Position numbers and translations under genes: made by a program. From Vicugna vicugna (lineage: Eukaryota), in the NCBI GenBank assembly GCA_013265495.1, contig MU057989.1, positions 2,001,513 through 2,034,011 of the forward strand: DNA of 32,499 bases, written 5' to 3'. Of the stretch, positions 21,509-32,499 are shown one piece after another; position 1 is the first letter of the stretch; each line of letters opens with the position of its first letter. Below the pieces are notes generated by a model, which was given only the letters and a program-made list of their open reading frames with translations, was not told the origin of the DNA and did not search any database.

Positions 21509-22297
21509 AAGTCTTTTAGGCCCAAATCCACAGGAGACCAGAACCCCAGGTGCCAAGGGGATCCCTAGAACCTGACAGTCACACACCATGGCCTAGGCTT
21601 CCCAAGGGACTGCACCGTGCATTGGTTCACCTGTCACACTTCTTTAAACTGGGCTCTTAGACTGTGGGCATCCCTGTTTCATCACTGAAAACAAATGTAA
21701 AACAAGGTCAAAGAGCAATGTGAAAACACATACCCTGGGAGGAGCGGAGAAGAAAACTCAGTATTCCTGGCTCCTGACAACTTCATTTATTATGACAGCC
21801 CCAGCTGCTTCTCCACACTGCCTCCCTGACGCTTCATACTTAAAAAGGAAAATGACCTAGTAGAGATTTTTAATTAGTCTAAAACCCTTGAGAAGTTTAC
21901 TCGAAGAACACCTGCTAAATTTTCAACTTTTCACTCATTAACAGTGATATACAGACATTAAACATAGTTGTCTCTCTTCCCAGACAGCTATGTTCCCCCA
22001 AAATGAGAGGAATACTTTCCACTGGCCCCTGACTCTCATGACTGAGAACCTCCTCTGTGACTTGCCTTTCTAGAGCCCAGATCCCCCTCGCTGCTAGAAC
22101 TCTCCTTCAGAGGGGTTCCTCTTACTAGCATCAGCGAATCAACTCAGTCCTTCTTGCCAAAGACTGTCCCTCGTCCAGGATGCAGCACACACGCGGTCAT
22201 TCCAATAAGTACTCTCAGTGTTCCTGTCAACACGTAAGTCAGTCAGTTCCGCACACTGAGTTGGACTCTGTGGGGCCTCTTGCTTCTAACAATTCAT

Positions 22298-25200
22298 CCC
22301 GCATCATCTCCCTAAGCCCAACATCTCCCGAAGCCCGCATCATCTAGCCGAGCCCGCATCATATTCCCAAGTCGGCGTAGTATCTCTGAGCCTGCACCAT
22401 TTACGCACGCCTGTGTCATCTCCCAGAGCCGCATGATCTCCCGAAGCCCGCATTATCTCCCCGAGCAAACGTCTCCCCAAGCCCACATAGTCTCCGAAGC
22501 CCACATAATCTCCCCAAGCCTGAATCATGTCCCTAAGAACAATCATCTCGCCAAGCCGGCATCATCTCCCCAAGCCTGCATCCTCTCCCCAGGCCCGGAT
22601 GATCTCCAAAGCCCACATCATCTCCGAAAGCCTGCATCATCTCCCTGAGTCAACAGCATATCTGCAAGACCGCTTCATCACCCCAAGCCTGAGTCATCTC
22701 CCGCAGTCCTCATCTCCCGCAGTCCAATCATCCCCCAAGCCTGCATCGCTCTCCAAGCCGAAGTCATCTCCCTGAACCCGTGTCGTGAACCCAAGCCGGT
22801 GTCATGTCCTAGAGCCCACGTCATATCAGCGAGCCCAAGTCATGTCTGCGAGCCTGAAAAATGTCTGCAAGCCCGCTCCACCTCCCGGGGCCCCCACCAT
22901 CTCCATGAGCCCACGTCATCTCCCCGAGCCGGTGTCATGTCCTCGAGCACGTGCCATGTCCCTGAACCGACGCCATATCAGGGAGCCCACATCACCTCCA
23001 CGAGGCTGGGTCATCTCCCTGAGCCCGGGTCATCTCCCTGAGCCCACGTCATCTCTCCGAGCCAACATCTCCCCAAGCCAACATCATCTCCTCAAGTGTG
23101 AATCATCTCTCCGAAACCCACATATTTCCAAACCCACATCTTCCCAAGCACACATCAGCTCCCCAAGTCCACGTTATATGCCTAAACCCATGTCGTGTTC
23201 CCGAGCCGGTGTCGTGTCCTCGAGCCCGCGTCATATCAGTGAGCCCAAGTCATGTCTGGGAGCCTGTAAAATGTCTGCAAGCCCAACTCATCTCCCCGAG
23301 CTGCTGTCATGTTCTGGAGCCTGCGTAATGATCCGAGCCGACGCCATATCAGGGAGCCCACATCATCTCCACGAGCCTGTGTCATCTCCCGAATACCACA
23401 TAATCTCCCCAAGCCCAATCATCTCCTCAAGCCCAAATCTCTGAAAAGGCACATTATCTCCCCAAGCCTGCATCATTCCCAAGCCCGCATCATTTCCCCA
23501 AGCCCGCATCAGCTCCCCAAGCCAAAATCTCCTAAAAGGCACATTATATCCCCAAGCCCGCATCTTTTCCCAATCCTGCATCATCTAGCCGAGCCTGTGT
23601 CATGTCCCAAAGCCGGCGTAATATCTGCAAGCCCACATCATTTACACAGACCTGCATCATCTCCTCAAGCCAACATCATCTCCCCAAGCCCGCATCGTCT
23701 CCCCAAGCCCGCATCATCTCCCCAAGGCCAATAATTTCCCCAAGCCCGCATCATCTCCCTAAGCCCAATCATATCCCCAAGCCCATATTATCTGCCCAGG
23801 CCCAATCACCTCCCCAAGCCCGCATCATCTCCCCAAGGCGACATCATCTCCCCAAGCCTACATCTCCCAAAAGGCACATTATCTCCCCAAGCCCGCATCT
23901 TTTCCCAGTCCTGCATCATGTAGCCGAGCCTGTGTCATGTCCCAAAGCTGGCGTAATATCTGCAAGCCCGCATCATTTTCGAGACCTGCATCATTTCCTC
24001 AAGCCAACATGATCTCCCCAAGGCCACATCATCTCCCCGAGCCCACATAGTGTCCCCAAGCCCGCATATCTCCCCAAGCGCGCATCAAACCCCCAAGCCC
24101 GCATCATGTTTCCTGGCCCACATGTCCCCAAGCCGACCTCACCTCCCTAAGCCCGCATCATGTCCCCAAGCATAAATCATCTCCCAAAGCCCGCATGATC
24201 TCCCAAGCCCATGTCATCTCCCAAAGCCTGCATGATCTCCCTGAGCCCACAGCATATCTGCAAGACTGCTTCATCACCCCAAGCCCGAGTCATGTCCCAC
24301 AGTGCAATCATCTCCCCAAGCCCACATCATGTTTTCAACCCACATCTCCCCAAGCCCGCATCATGTCCCCAAGCCCACGTATTCTCCCTGAACCCGTGTC
24401 GTGTTCCCGAGCCGGTGACATGTCCTTGAGCCCACGACATGTCAGCGAGCCCAAGTCATGTCTGCGAGCCTGAAAAATGTCTGCAAGCCCGCTCCACCTC
24501 CCGGGGCCCCCATCATCTCCATGAGCCCACGTCATCTCCCTGAGCCGGTGTCATGTCCTCGAGCACGTGCCATGTCCCTGAACCAACGCCATATCTGGGG
24601 CCCCCATCATCTCCACGAGCCCGGGTCATCTCCCTGAGCCCGCATCATCTCTCCGAGCCAACATCTCCCGAAGCCAACCTCATCTCCCCAAGTCTAAATC
24701 ATCTCTCCAAGCCCACATATTTCCAAACCCACATCTTCCCAAGCGCACATCAGCTCTCCAAGTCCACGTCATCTGCCTGAACCTGTGTTGTGTATCCGAG
24801 CCGGCGTCATGTCCCAGAGCACATTTCGTATAAGTCAGCCCACGTCATGTCCACAAGCCTGAAAAATGTCTGCGAGCCCGCATCATCTCATGCCCCTGTG
24901 TCATGTCCCCATCCCACATCTCCCGAAGCCCGTTTCATGTCCCCAAGCCCACATCATCTCCCCAAGCCCACATCTCCCAAAAGGCACATCATTTCCCCAA
25001 GCCTCCATCATATCCCAAGCACGCTTCACCTAGCTGAGCCCGCATCATGTTCCAAGTCGGCGTAGTATCTGCGTTCCTGCATCATTTACGCATGCCCGTA
25101 TAATCTCCTGGAGCCACATCATCTCCCCAAGCCCGCATTCTCCCGAAGACTGCGTCATCTCCCAAAGACCAATCATCTCCTGAAGCCCACATCATCTCTG

Positions 25201-25740
25201 CAAGATGGCATCATCTCACTAAGCCCGCATCATCTCCCCAAGCCCACATCATCTCCCCAAGACCGCATAATCACCCCAAGCCTGCATCATTACCCCAATC
25301 CCGCATCATCTCCCGAAGCCTACATTATCTACACAACCCGCATCATCTCCCAAAGCCCGCATCATCTCTCTAAGCCCAATCATCTCCCCAAGCCCAAATC
25401 TCCGAAAAGGCACATTAACTCCCCAAGCCAGCATCATTTCCGAAGGCGCATCATGTAGCCGAGCCTGTGTCACATACCCAAGCCGGCTTAATATCTGCAA
25501 GCTCACATCATTTACATAGGCCCGAATCATCTACCCAAGCCAACATGATCTCTCCAAGCTCACATCATCTCCCCTACCCCACATAGTCTCCCCAAGCCGG
25601 CATCATCTCCCCAAGCCTGCATCATGTCACCAAGTCCACATCATCTCCCAATTCATCCTCACTTCCGTAAGCCCGCATCATGTCCCCAAGCATAAATCAT
25701 CTCCCTAAGCGCGCATGATCTCCAAGCCCGCATGATCTCC
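22298..25740. repeat. Satellite array, monomer about 19 bp (CATCATCTCCCCAAGCCCG), with higher-order structure
   Basis: Continuous degenerate tandem copies; distinctive variant blocks recur at offsets of about 335 and 1520-1616 bp. Confidence 0.97.
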
Positions 25741-25951
25741 CTTCCCACCCCCCCATCCCCCTGTCAACCACAAGTTTGTATTCTATGTCTATGAGTCTGT
25801 TTCTGTTTTGTATTTATGTTTTTTTGTTTTTTTGTTTTTTTTAGACTCCACGTATGAGTGATTTCATACGGTATTTTTCTTCCTCTTTCTGGCTTACTTC
25901 ACTCACAATGACATTCTCCAGGAACATCCATGTTGCTGCAAATGGCATTAT
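25741..25951 (-). mobile_element. Young L1 3' UTR fragment (near-copy of 30328-30537)
   Basis: Nearly identical to the L1 at 30130-30648; starts abruptly at the satellite edge. Confidence 0.9.
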
Positions 25952-26189
25952 NNNNNNNNNNNNNNNNNNNNNNNNNNNNNNNNNNNNNNNNNNNNNNNNN
26001 NNNNNNNNNNNNNNNNNNNNNNNNNNNNNNNNNNNNNNNNNNNNNNNNNNNNNNNNNNNNNNNNNNNNNNNNNNNNNNNNNNNNNNNNNNNNNNNNNNNN
26101 NNNNNNNNNNNNNNNNNNNNNNNNNNNNNNNNNNNNNNNNNNNNNNNNNNNNNNNNNNNNNNNNNNNNNNNNNNNNNNNNNNNNNNNNN
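25952..26189. other. Assembly gap (238 N)
   Basis: Run of N. Confidence 1.
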
Positions 26190-26732
26190 ATGTATATTAT
26201 TCATTTGATAGTGTCCCATAAATCCCTTAGGCTCTTTTCATTTTTCTTTATTCTTATTTTTTGCTCCTCTGACTTGATAATTTCAAACGATCTGTCTCCA
26301 CATCCACTGTTTTCTCCTCTATTCGATAAGTCTGATGTTGAACACCTTTAATCCATTTTTCAATTCGTTTATTGTATTTTACAGCTCCAGAGTTTTTCCT
26401 CTTATTGTTTGCATCTCTTTATGATATTCTCATTTTGTTCATAAATCATTTCCTAATTTTGCTTATTTGTCTGTCTACATTTTCCTTTTGGTTTTTGAGT
26501 AAACTTAAGGCGGTGTTTTGAAGTCTTTGTGTAGTTGGTTAGAAGTCTGAATTGCTCTAGGGTTAGTTTCTGGATGTTTATTTTGTTCCTTTGAATGGGC
26601 TGTTTCCCTGTTTCTTTATGTACCTGTGATTTTTACTGAGACTTGGGAATTTGAAAAAGCAGCCATTTGTCCAGCTTTTATGGAATAGCTGTGTATAGAG
26701 GAAGACCTTCACTTATCAGCTCAGTTTAAAGG
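26190..26732 (-). mobile_element. Old L1 ORF1 and 5' region (duplicated block, copy A)
   Basis: Same sequence as 30852-31019 and 31648-32193, which encodes L1 ORF1-like DRSFEIIKSEEQKIRIKKNEKSLRDLWDTIK. Confidence 0.88.
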
Positions 26733-27185
26733 GAGGGGGCGGGGCCGGGCAGGGCCGAGGGGGCTCCGGAAGGGCCGCGGGGGCTTCCGCGGCGTCCAGG
26801 GTTCTCGTCCGCTTGTCTTGGGGCGGCTTCGGTACCGCACTTTCTGGAAGAAGGCAGGCCGCCTCGCTGCGCTGGCGTTTTCACCCTGAGACTCAGCCAG
26901 CTCCCCGGGGTGGGGTCGCGGTGGAGACAGAGCCGGGCGAGGTGAGTGCGGCGGACCTACGGGCGCCCGTGACCAGCCGGGTGGGCGGCCTCCGCGCGCG
27001 GGGTGGTCCCGCCGAGGCCGGGAGCTCAGGGCCGCTTGGCACGAAAGAGCGGGCTGTCTGGTACCGGAGACAGGGAAGGGCCCAGAAGGTTGTCCTCGAG
27101 GTGGTGACTGGAAAGGAGGTAGGAGGCTGGAAAGAGGGGCGTCCCCGGTGAGACACGCCCCAGCACAGCGGGACCCTCGGGCGCT
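26731..27185 (+). promoter_or_regulatory. CpG island with GC boxes and a probable non-coding first exon ending at 26941
   Basis: GGGGCGGGGC at the start, dense CpG, consensus donor GAG|GTGAGT at about 26941-26947, then AT-rich intron-like DNA. Gene not identified. Confidence 0.6.
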
Positions 27186-28499
27186 CTCAGGTGCTCATTC
27201 CCTGAGATAAATTTATCAAATTGAGGGGGAAGACATAGCAAAACGTTGCAATATATTGACCATTATTTCCTCACTTAGACGTGGCAAGTTCTTTATAAGC
27301 GCTATTGATGATGGAACACGTCTCTTTTCATGAAATATGTGTGTATATAATTTCAACAAATAATTACAAAACCCTAAAATGTTGCTAGCTGCCGCACAAG
27401 ACAGCAAAAGGATGGCACAGTCCCTAAAGACTGACTGCGAAAAAAATTGAAAGTAGAACTGGAAATTTTAAATTTACATTCAGTATCTCAATAATTGAGG
27501 ACATTTATGAGAGTAGAAGACAGTGATTGGTTATTGGAACTATAATTTGTAGCCTTGATAGAACTGACAGAGTATTTAAAAATATCAAATCTTTGGGGAA
27601 TCTTTTATTTTGTATTATTTTTGAAGCTCTTTCTCCAGGCACTGATAGCAAAGGATAAAGAAACAGTTCAAATAACAGTCACTTCACAAGGCTTTGTAAA
27701 ACTCGTGAAAAATATATTTCAAAAGAAAGAAAAACTCAAGTTATCCCAGGAGTAAATGCTAGTGGGTTCTGTTAATCATTTTTGTTTCCTCGTCTGAGAA
27801 GTTTGGGAAGGGAGCCTGAATTGAAATGGGTTGCTAGTTTTGGTTATAATTCAAGGGGCTTTATAATGAAAATTAAGTGGGATTAGAATTTTTAAGTATA
27901 ACCGAAAAGGCCCTAAAGCAAATGTTTGTGTTACCAAAATAGAAACTTAAAAATGATTACTGGTGACTACTTCTGATATTCAGAATTCAACTACTTTTTT
28001 CCCTTGTATCCTCCCATCTTTCTAACCTGAAATGAATATAAAGTATTTTGAGATTTTATGCATGTATGTTAAATATATTCATATACAACTTTGGTATTTG
28101 ATAACTAAAATTTTTAGAATGTCACCATATGTATCACATAGAAACATACAAGTTTTTCATGAAATGTATTTTCTTCTAGAAGTTAATGAAAGCTTTAAGA
28201 TTCTCATTCCCAGGACTGTAATAAAGCAGGAAAGTTAGTCCCACAGTATTAAGAAAAGGACATCAACTTGATTAATTCATTTTATAAAATGAAAGTATCT
28301 GAGATTAAATATCTTTTGAGTTGAATTTTTATTTCAACTCCTATTGTGTATTTTTATTTATTAAATAGCCTTAACTCTCAGGCTCTTTGGTTTCTAATCT
28401 TGTTTAATGATCTTATAACTATGTCTTTATTAGTTACTGTTTGAAAGTCTAAAATGAGTCAAAAAGGAACCAATTATTCTATTTTAAATGGTAACCTAT

Positions 28500-28501
<2 letters not shown>

Positions 28502-28532
<31 letters not shown>
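28502..28532. repeat. (TG)n microsatellite
   Basis: Direct reading. Confidence 0.97.
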
Positions 28533-28536
<4 letters not shown>

Positions 28537-29129
28537 AAGCATACATATATAGCAAATGCCTAGTAGATTACAATTTAAACTCATCCTAACTATTGATGAA
28601 AGTTGTGTTGCATTCCTTGTAATGTTGGCTTTGTTTGGTGTGAAAAGTACTAAGACAGCAAATTCTCAAGCTGTAACATAGCAGCAAGAGAGAACAACCT
28701 TTGAAATAGTTTTCAGGAGCCAGAAAGAACACCTACGTAACCTTGCACCGTGTACCTGGCTTGCATATCAAGCACTGGGTGAAGATGTGATTTCTGCTGT
28801 TTCAGTTGTCCTACAGTAACAGCCCTTGCCTGCAGTAATAGCCCTTGCCACTGTTAATATAAAAAAGACTTCCAGAATGCATCTCTCTGAGCTATATAGT
28901 CAGTCTCCCAACAGAAATTACTTTTTAAAAGTTATAGTAGATGTTCTTTCTCATGGTGGTTTTATAAGACCAGATTATATACCTTTGTTGTTTAAATTAA
29001 TGAGTTTCCGAGTACTTTGTATTTTGGGAAGTGACAGTATTTTACAAGTGCCCACCATGTGTAACAAGGTGATCAAAATGAATTAAGATGGTTGGGTATT
29101 AGAAAAATCATGGTAGTATTTTCTGACTT

Positions 29130-29345
29130 TTTTCTAGTTTTATCCAGATATAATTGCTATATAACACTGTAGAAATTTAAGGTGCAAAGCAGAATGATTT
29201 GATATATGTATATATTGCTGGATGATTGCCACAGTTAGTTTTGTTAACATCCATCAGCTCACATAGTTACGGATATTTTTCTTGTGATGAGAACTTTAAG
29301 ATATGCTCTCCTAGCAAATTTCAAATATACAACACAGTATTAACA
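29130..29345 (-). mobile_element. L1MA-type 3' end
   Basis: GTTAACATCCATCAGCTCACATAGTTAC...GTGATGAGAACTTTAAGAT...AGCAAATTTCAAATATACAA. Confidence 0.8.
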
Positions 29346-30129
29346 GCATCCTCCAAACATTTCAACTTGTTTTAATGTGAAATATAACTCATCCGTAACC
29401 ATGGTATATGTCGATAAATATGGAAACAGATGTAGTTCTAGATACAAATACAGATATAGAATCAAGGTTTGTGTTAGAATTCAGAAGCCTCTCCATATAT
29501 TCTAAGAATAGCAAAGGTCAGAGTAGCCAGCAGAACGAAGACAGGTGTTCTCGACAAATCTGTAGAAAGTTGCTGCAGTTTATAAGACTATGTAGGCAGT
29601 CCTCACAAACTTCCTTGTTTGGGCCACAAAAGTGAGCAGTTTTCTAGGTAGCCAGCTCTGCAATTCATATCTGTAACTGCCTCAGTAACCCCTTCTTCCC
29701 TCCTGAGAGACACGTTTTGTGATGCCACTTGTCATTGACAAAATTTAGAAGAGAATAAAGTGATGGTGAATTGCCCAGAGACTATCCAGGACAGACACAC
29801 ATACACAAAATACTACAAAATAAAAACTGCTGAGCAATAAATTAAAAAGCAATCAGCAGTGTGTCACTCAGATAAAAAATGAGTAGCAGTTGCATTTCCA
29901 GCATCCATGAAGATCCTCTCATGATCCCTCGTAACTATTCTCTTTCCACCCAAGAGGTAATCATAAGTAAGTGTTATGTAGTAATCGCTTCCTTAACATT
30001 TCTTTATTGTTTTGCCAATACAAGAATTCTTAAATACGATAGTTTAAAGTATCAAATTTGATCATTATGTAAATGGAGTCTTAAAGTATATGTTCTTAAT
30101 ATCTTGCTTTCGTGTACTTTTTTATTTAA

Positions 30130-30648
30130 GCTTTTTTTATTGAGTTATAGTCGTTTTACAGTGTTGTGTCAAATTCCAGTGTGGAATTTGAATATACATG
30201 AACATACATAGATTCATTGTCACATTCTCTTTCACTGTCAGCCACCCCATGATCCTGTATATATTTCCCTGTGCTCCACAGTACAATCTTATTTATCTGT
30301 TCTACATTTTGAAGTGTCAGTCTGTCCCTTCCCACTCCCCGTCCCCCTGTCAACCACAAGTTTGTATTCTATGTCTATGAGTCTGTTTCTGTTTTGTATT
30401 TATGTTTTTTTGTTTTTTTGTTTTTTTTAGACTCCACGTATGAGTGATCTCATACGGTATTTTTCTTCCTCTTTCTGGCTTACTTCACTCACAATGACAT
30501 TCTCCAGGAACATCCATGTTGCTGCAAATGGCATTATGTTGTTGTTTTTGTTTATGGCTGAATAGCATTCCATTGTATAAATACACCACATCTTCTTTAT
30601 CCAGTCATCTGTTGATGGACATTTAGGCTTTTTCCATGTCTTGGCTAT
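30130..30648 (-). mobile_element. Young lineage-specific L1 3' end
   Basis: Poly-T start, 3' UTR, antisense ORF2 C-terminal sequence (CATCCATGTTGCTGCAAATGGC). Confidence 0.93.
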
Positions 30649-30789
30649 GCTTTCCTTTACTAAATAATACTTTTGTGAAATTCATTCATGTTGCTTTGTA
30701 TAGCAGATATCTGTTCATTTTTTTCCTAATTTTTTTTTGTGTGATAAAACACACCATTTATCAACTTGACCATTTTTAACTGTTCAATT

Positions 30790-31019
30790 CCTCAGATAAG
30801 CTCTCTGCTCCTTTTTCTGTCTTCTTCTTCCCTTTTTGGGTTTCCCAGACTATGTATATTGTTCCATTTGATAGTGTCCCATAAATCCCTTAGGCTCTTT
30901 TCATTTTTCTTTATTCTTATTTTTTGCTCCTCTGACTTGATAATTTCAAACGATCTGTCTCCACATCCACTGTTTTCTCCTCTATTCGATAAGTCTGATG
31001 TTGAACACCTTTTAATCCA
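30790..31019 (-). mobile_element. Old L1 ORF1 fragment (copy B)
   Basis: Minus-strand peptide SLRDLWDTIKWNNIHSLGNPKREEEDRK resembles L1 ORF1p. Confidence 0.88.
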
Positions 31020-31292
31020 NNNNNNNNNNNNNNNNNNNNNNNNNNNNNNNNNNNNNNNNNNNNNNNNNNNNNNNNNNNNNNNNNNNNNNNNNNNNNNNNN
31101 NNNNNNNNNNNNNNNNNNNNNNNNNNNNNNNNNNNNNNNNNNNNNNNNNNNNNNNNNNNNNNNNNNNNNNNNNNNNNNNNNNNNNNNNNNNNNNNNNNNN
31201 NNNNNNNNNNNNNNNNNNNNNNNNNNNNNNNNNNNNNNNNNNNNNNNNNNNNNNNNNNNNNNNNNNNNNNNNNNNNNNNNNNNNNNNNNNNN
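31020..31292. other. Assembly gap (273 N)
   Basis: Run of N. Confidence 1.
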
Positions 31293-32499
31293 AATGACAT
31301 TCTCCAGGAACATCCATGTTGCTGCAAATGGCGTTATGTTGTTGTTTTTTATGGCTGAATAGCATTCCGTTGTATAAATATACCACATCTTCTTTATCCA
31401 GTCACCTATTGATGGACATTTAGGCTGTTTCCATGTCTTGGCTATGCTTTCATTTACTAAATAATACTTTTGTGAAATTCATTCATGTTGCTTTGTATAG
31501 CAGATATCTGTTCGGTTTTTTTCCTAATTTTTTTTGTGTGATAAAACACACCATTTACCAACTTGACCACTTTTAACTGTTCAATTCTTCAGATAAGCTC
31601 TCTGCTCCTTTTTCTGTCTTCTTCTTCCCTTTTTGGGTTTCCCAGACTATGTATATTGTTCCATTTGATAGTGTCCCATAAATCCCTTAGGCTCTTTTCA
31701 TTTTTCTTTATTCTTATTTTTTGCTCCTCTGACTCGATAATTTTAAACGATCTATCTCCACATCCACTATTTTCTCCTCTATTTGATGAAGTCTGATGCT
31801 GAACACCTTTAATCCATTTTTCAATTCGTTTATTGTATTTTACAGCTCCAGAGTTTTTCCTCTTATTGTTTGCATCTCTTTATGATATTCTCATTTTGTT
31901 CATAAATCATTTCCTAATTTTGCTTATTTGTCTGTCTACATTTTCCTTTTGGTTTTTGAGTAAACTTAAGGCGGTGTTTTGAAGTCTTTGTGTAGTTGGT
32001 TAGAAGTCTGAATTGCTCTAGGGTTAGTTTCTGGATGTTTATTTTGTTCCTTTGAATGGGCTGTTTCCCTGTTTCTTTATGTACCTGTGATTTTTACTGA
32101 GACTTGGGAATTTGAAAAAGCAGCCATTTCTCCAGTTTTTATGGAGTAGCTCTGTATGGAGGAAGACCTTCACTTATCAGCTCAGTTTAAAGGCTCTATG
32201 TCCTTTCATATCTTTTCCAGGAAGGATGCATCTTGTCTGGCCTAGATTTTTACTTTGGGAATTTGAAAAAGCAGCCATTTCTCCAGTTTTTATGGAGTAG
32301 CTCTGTATGGAGGAAGACCTTCACTTATCAGCTCAGTTTAAAGGCTCTATGTCCTTTCATATCTTATCTTTAGGACTGTAGATGTAGCTCCAGCATGTCA
32401 AGTACCTAAACTCTCCCACCACTCTCATCACTGGTCTGAGTCAAGCAAGACAGAAATAACGCCCTCAACCAACCCCTAGAATGGGACAAGAAAAGAAAA
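31293..32499 (-). mobile_element. Duplicated L1 mosaic (copy C): young L1 piece plus old L1 ORF1/5' region
   Basis: 31293-31815 repeats 30493-31019; 31648-32193 repeats 26190-26732. Confidence 0.85.
32104..32365. repeat. Direct repeat of 111 bp (32104-32214 and 32255-32365), period 151
   Basis: TTGGGAATTTGAAAAAGCAGCC...CCTTTCATATCTT appears twice, apparently identical. Confidence 0.93.

Noticed and set aside
22010..22291. Possible LTR ending ...CTTCTAACA at the satellite edge
   Set aside because: It looks LTR-like, but I could not define a 5' end, TSD or family.
22340..25530. Many Pro/Ser/His-rich ORFs, up to 219 aa
   Set aside because: They are translations of a stop-poor 19-bp satellite, open in several frames at once.
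22298..25740. CRISPR-like array
   Set aside because: Mammalian DNA; monomers are contiguous with no unique spacers, and no cas genes are present.
25854..31388. Long ORFs containing X runs
   Set aside because: Artefacts of reading through N gaps.

Overview
Mammalian genomic DNA, most likely camelid (inferred from about nine copies of a tRNA-derived SINE resembling vic-1 and from camelid-type young L1 3' ends). Most of the window is interspersed repeat: L1, L2, MIR, MER5A, Tigger MITEs, MLT1, ERV1-type solo LTRs and an ERVL pol remnant. The main coding signal is a compact three-exon gene in a CpG island (12988-14163, + strand), which the ORF track shows only in part because it is spliced. It encodes a 122-aa member of the KHDC1/DPPA5/KHDC3L/OOEP atypical-KH family. 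Its second exon matches the hydrophobic N-terminus of human KHDC1 as I recall it. It has its own candidate stop and polyA signal, and a second reading frame stays open across all three exons. From about 22.3 kb the window changes character: a 3.4-kb satellite with a 19-bp monomer and roughly 1.5-1.6-kb higher-order structure, three paralogous copies of an L1-mosaic block beside two N-gaps, and an unidentified CpG-island first exon. Family names come from my memory of consensus sequences; no database search was run.
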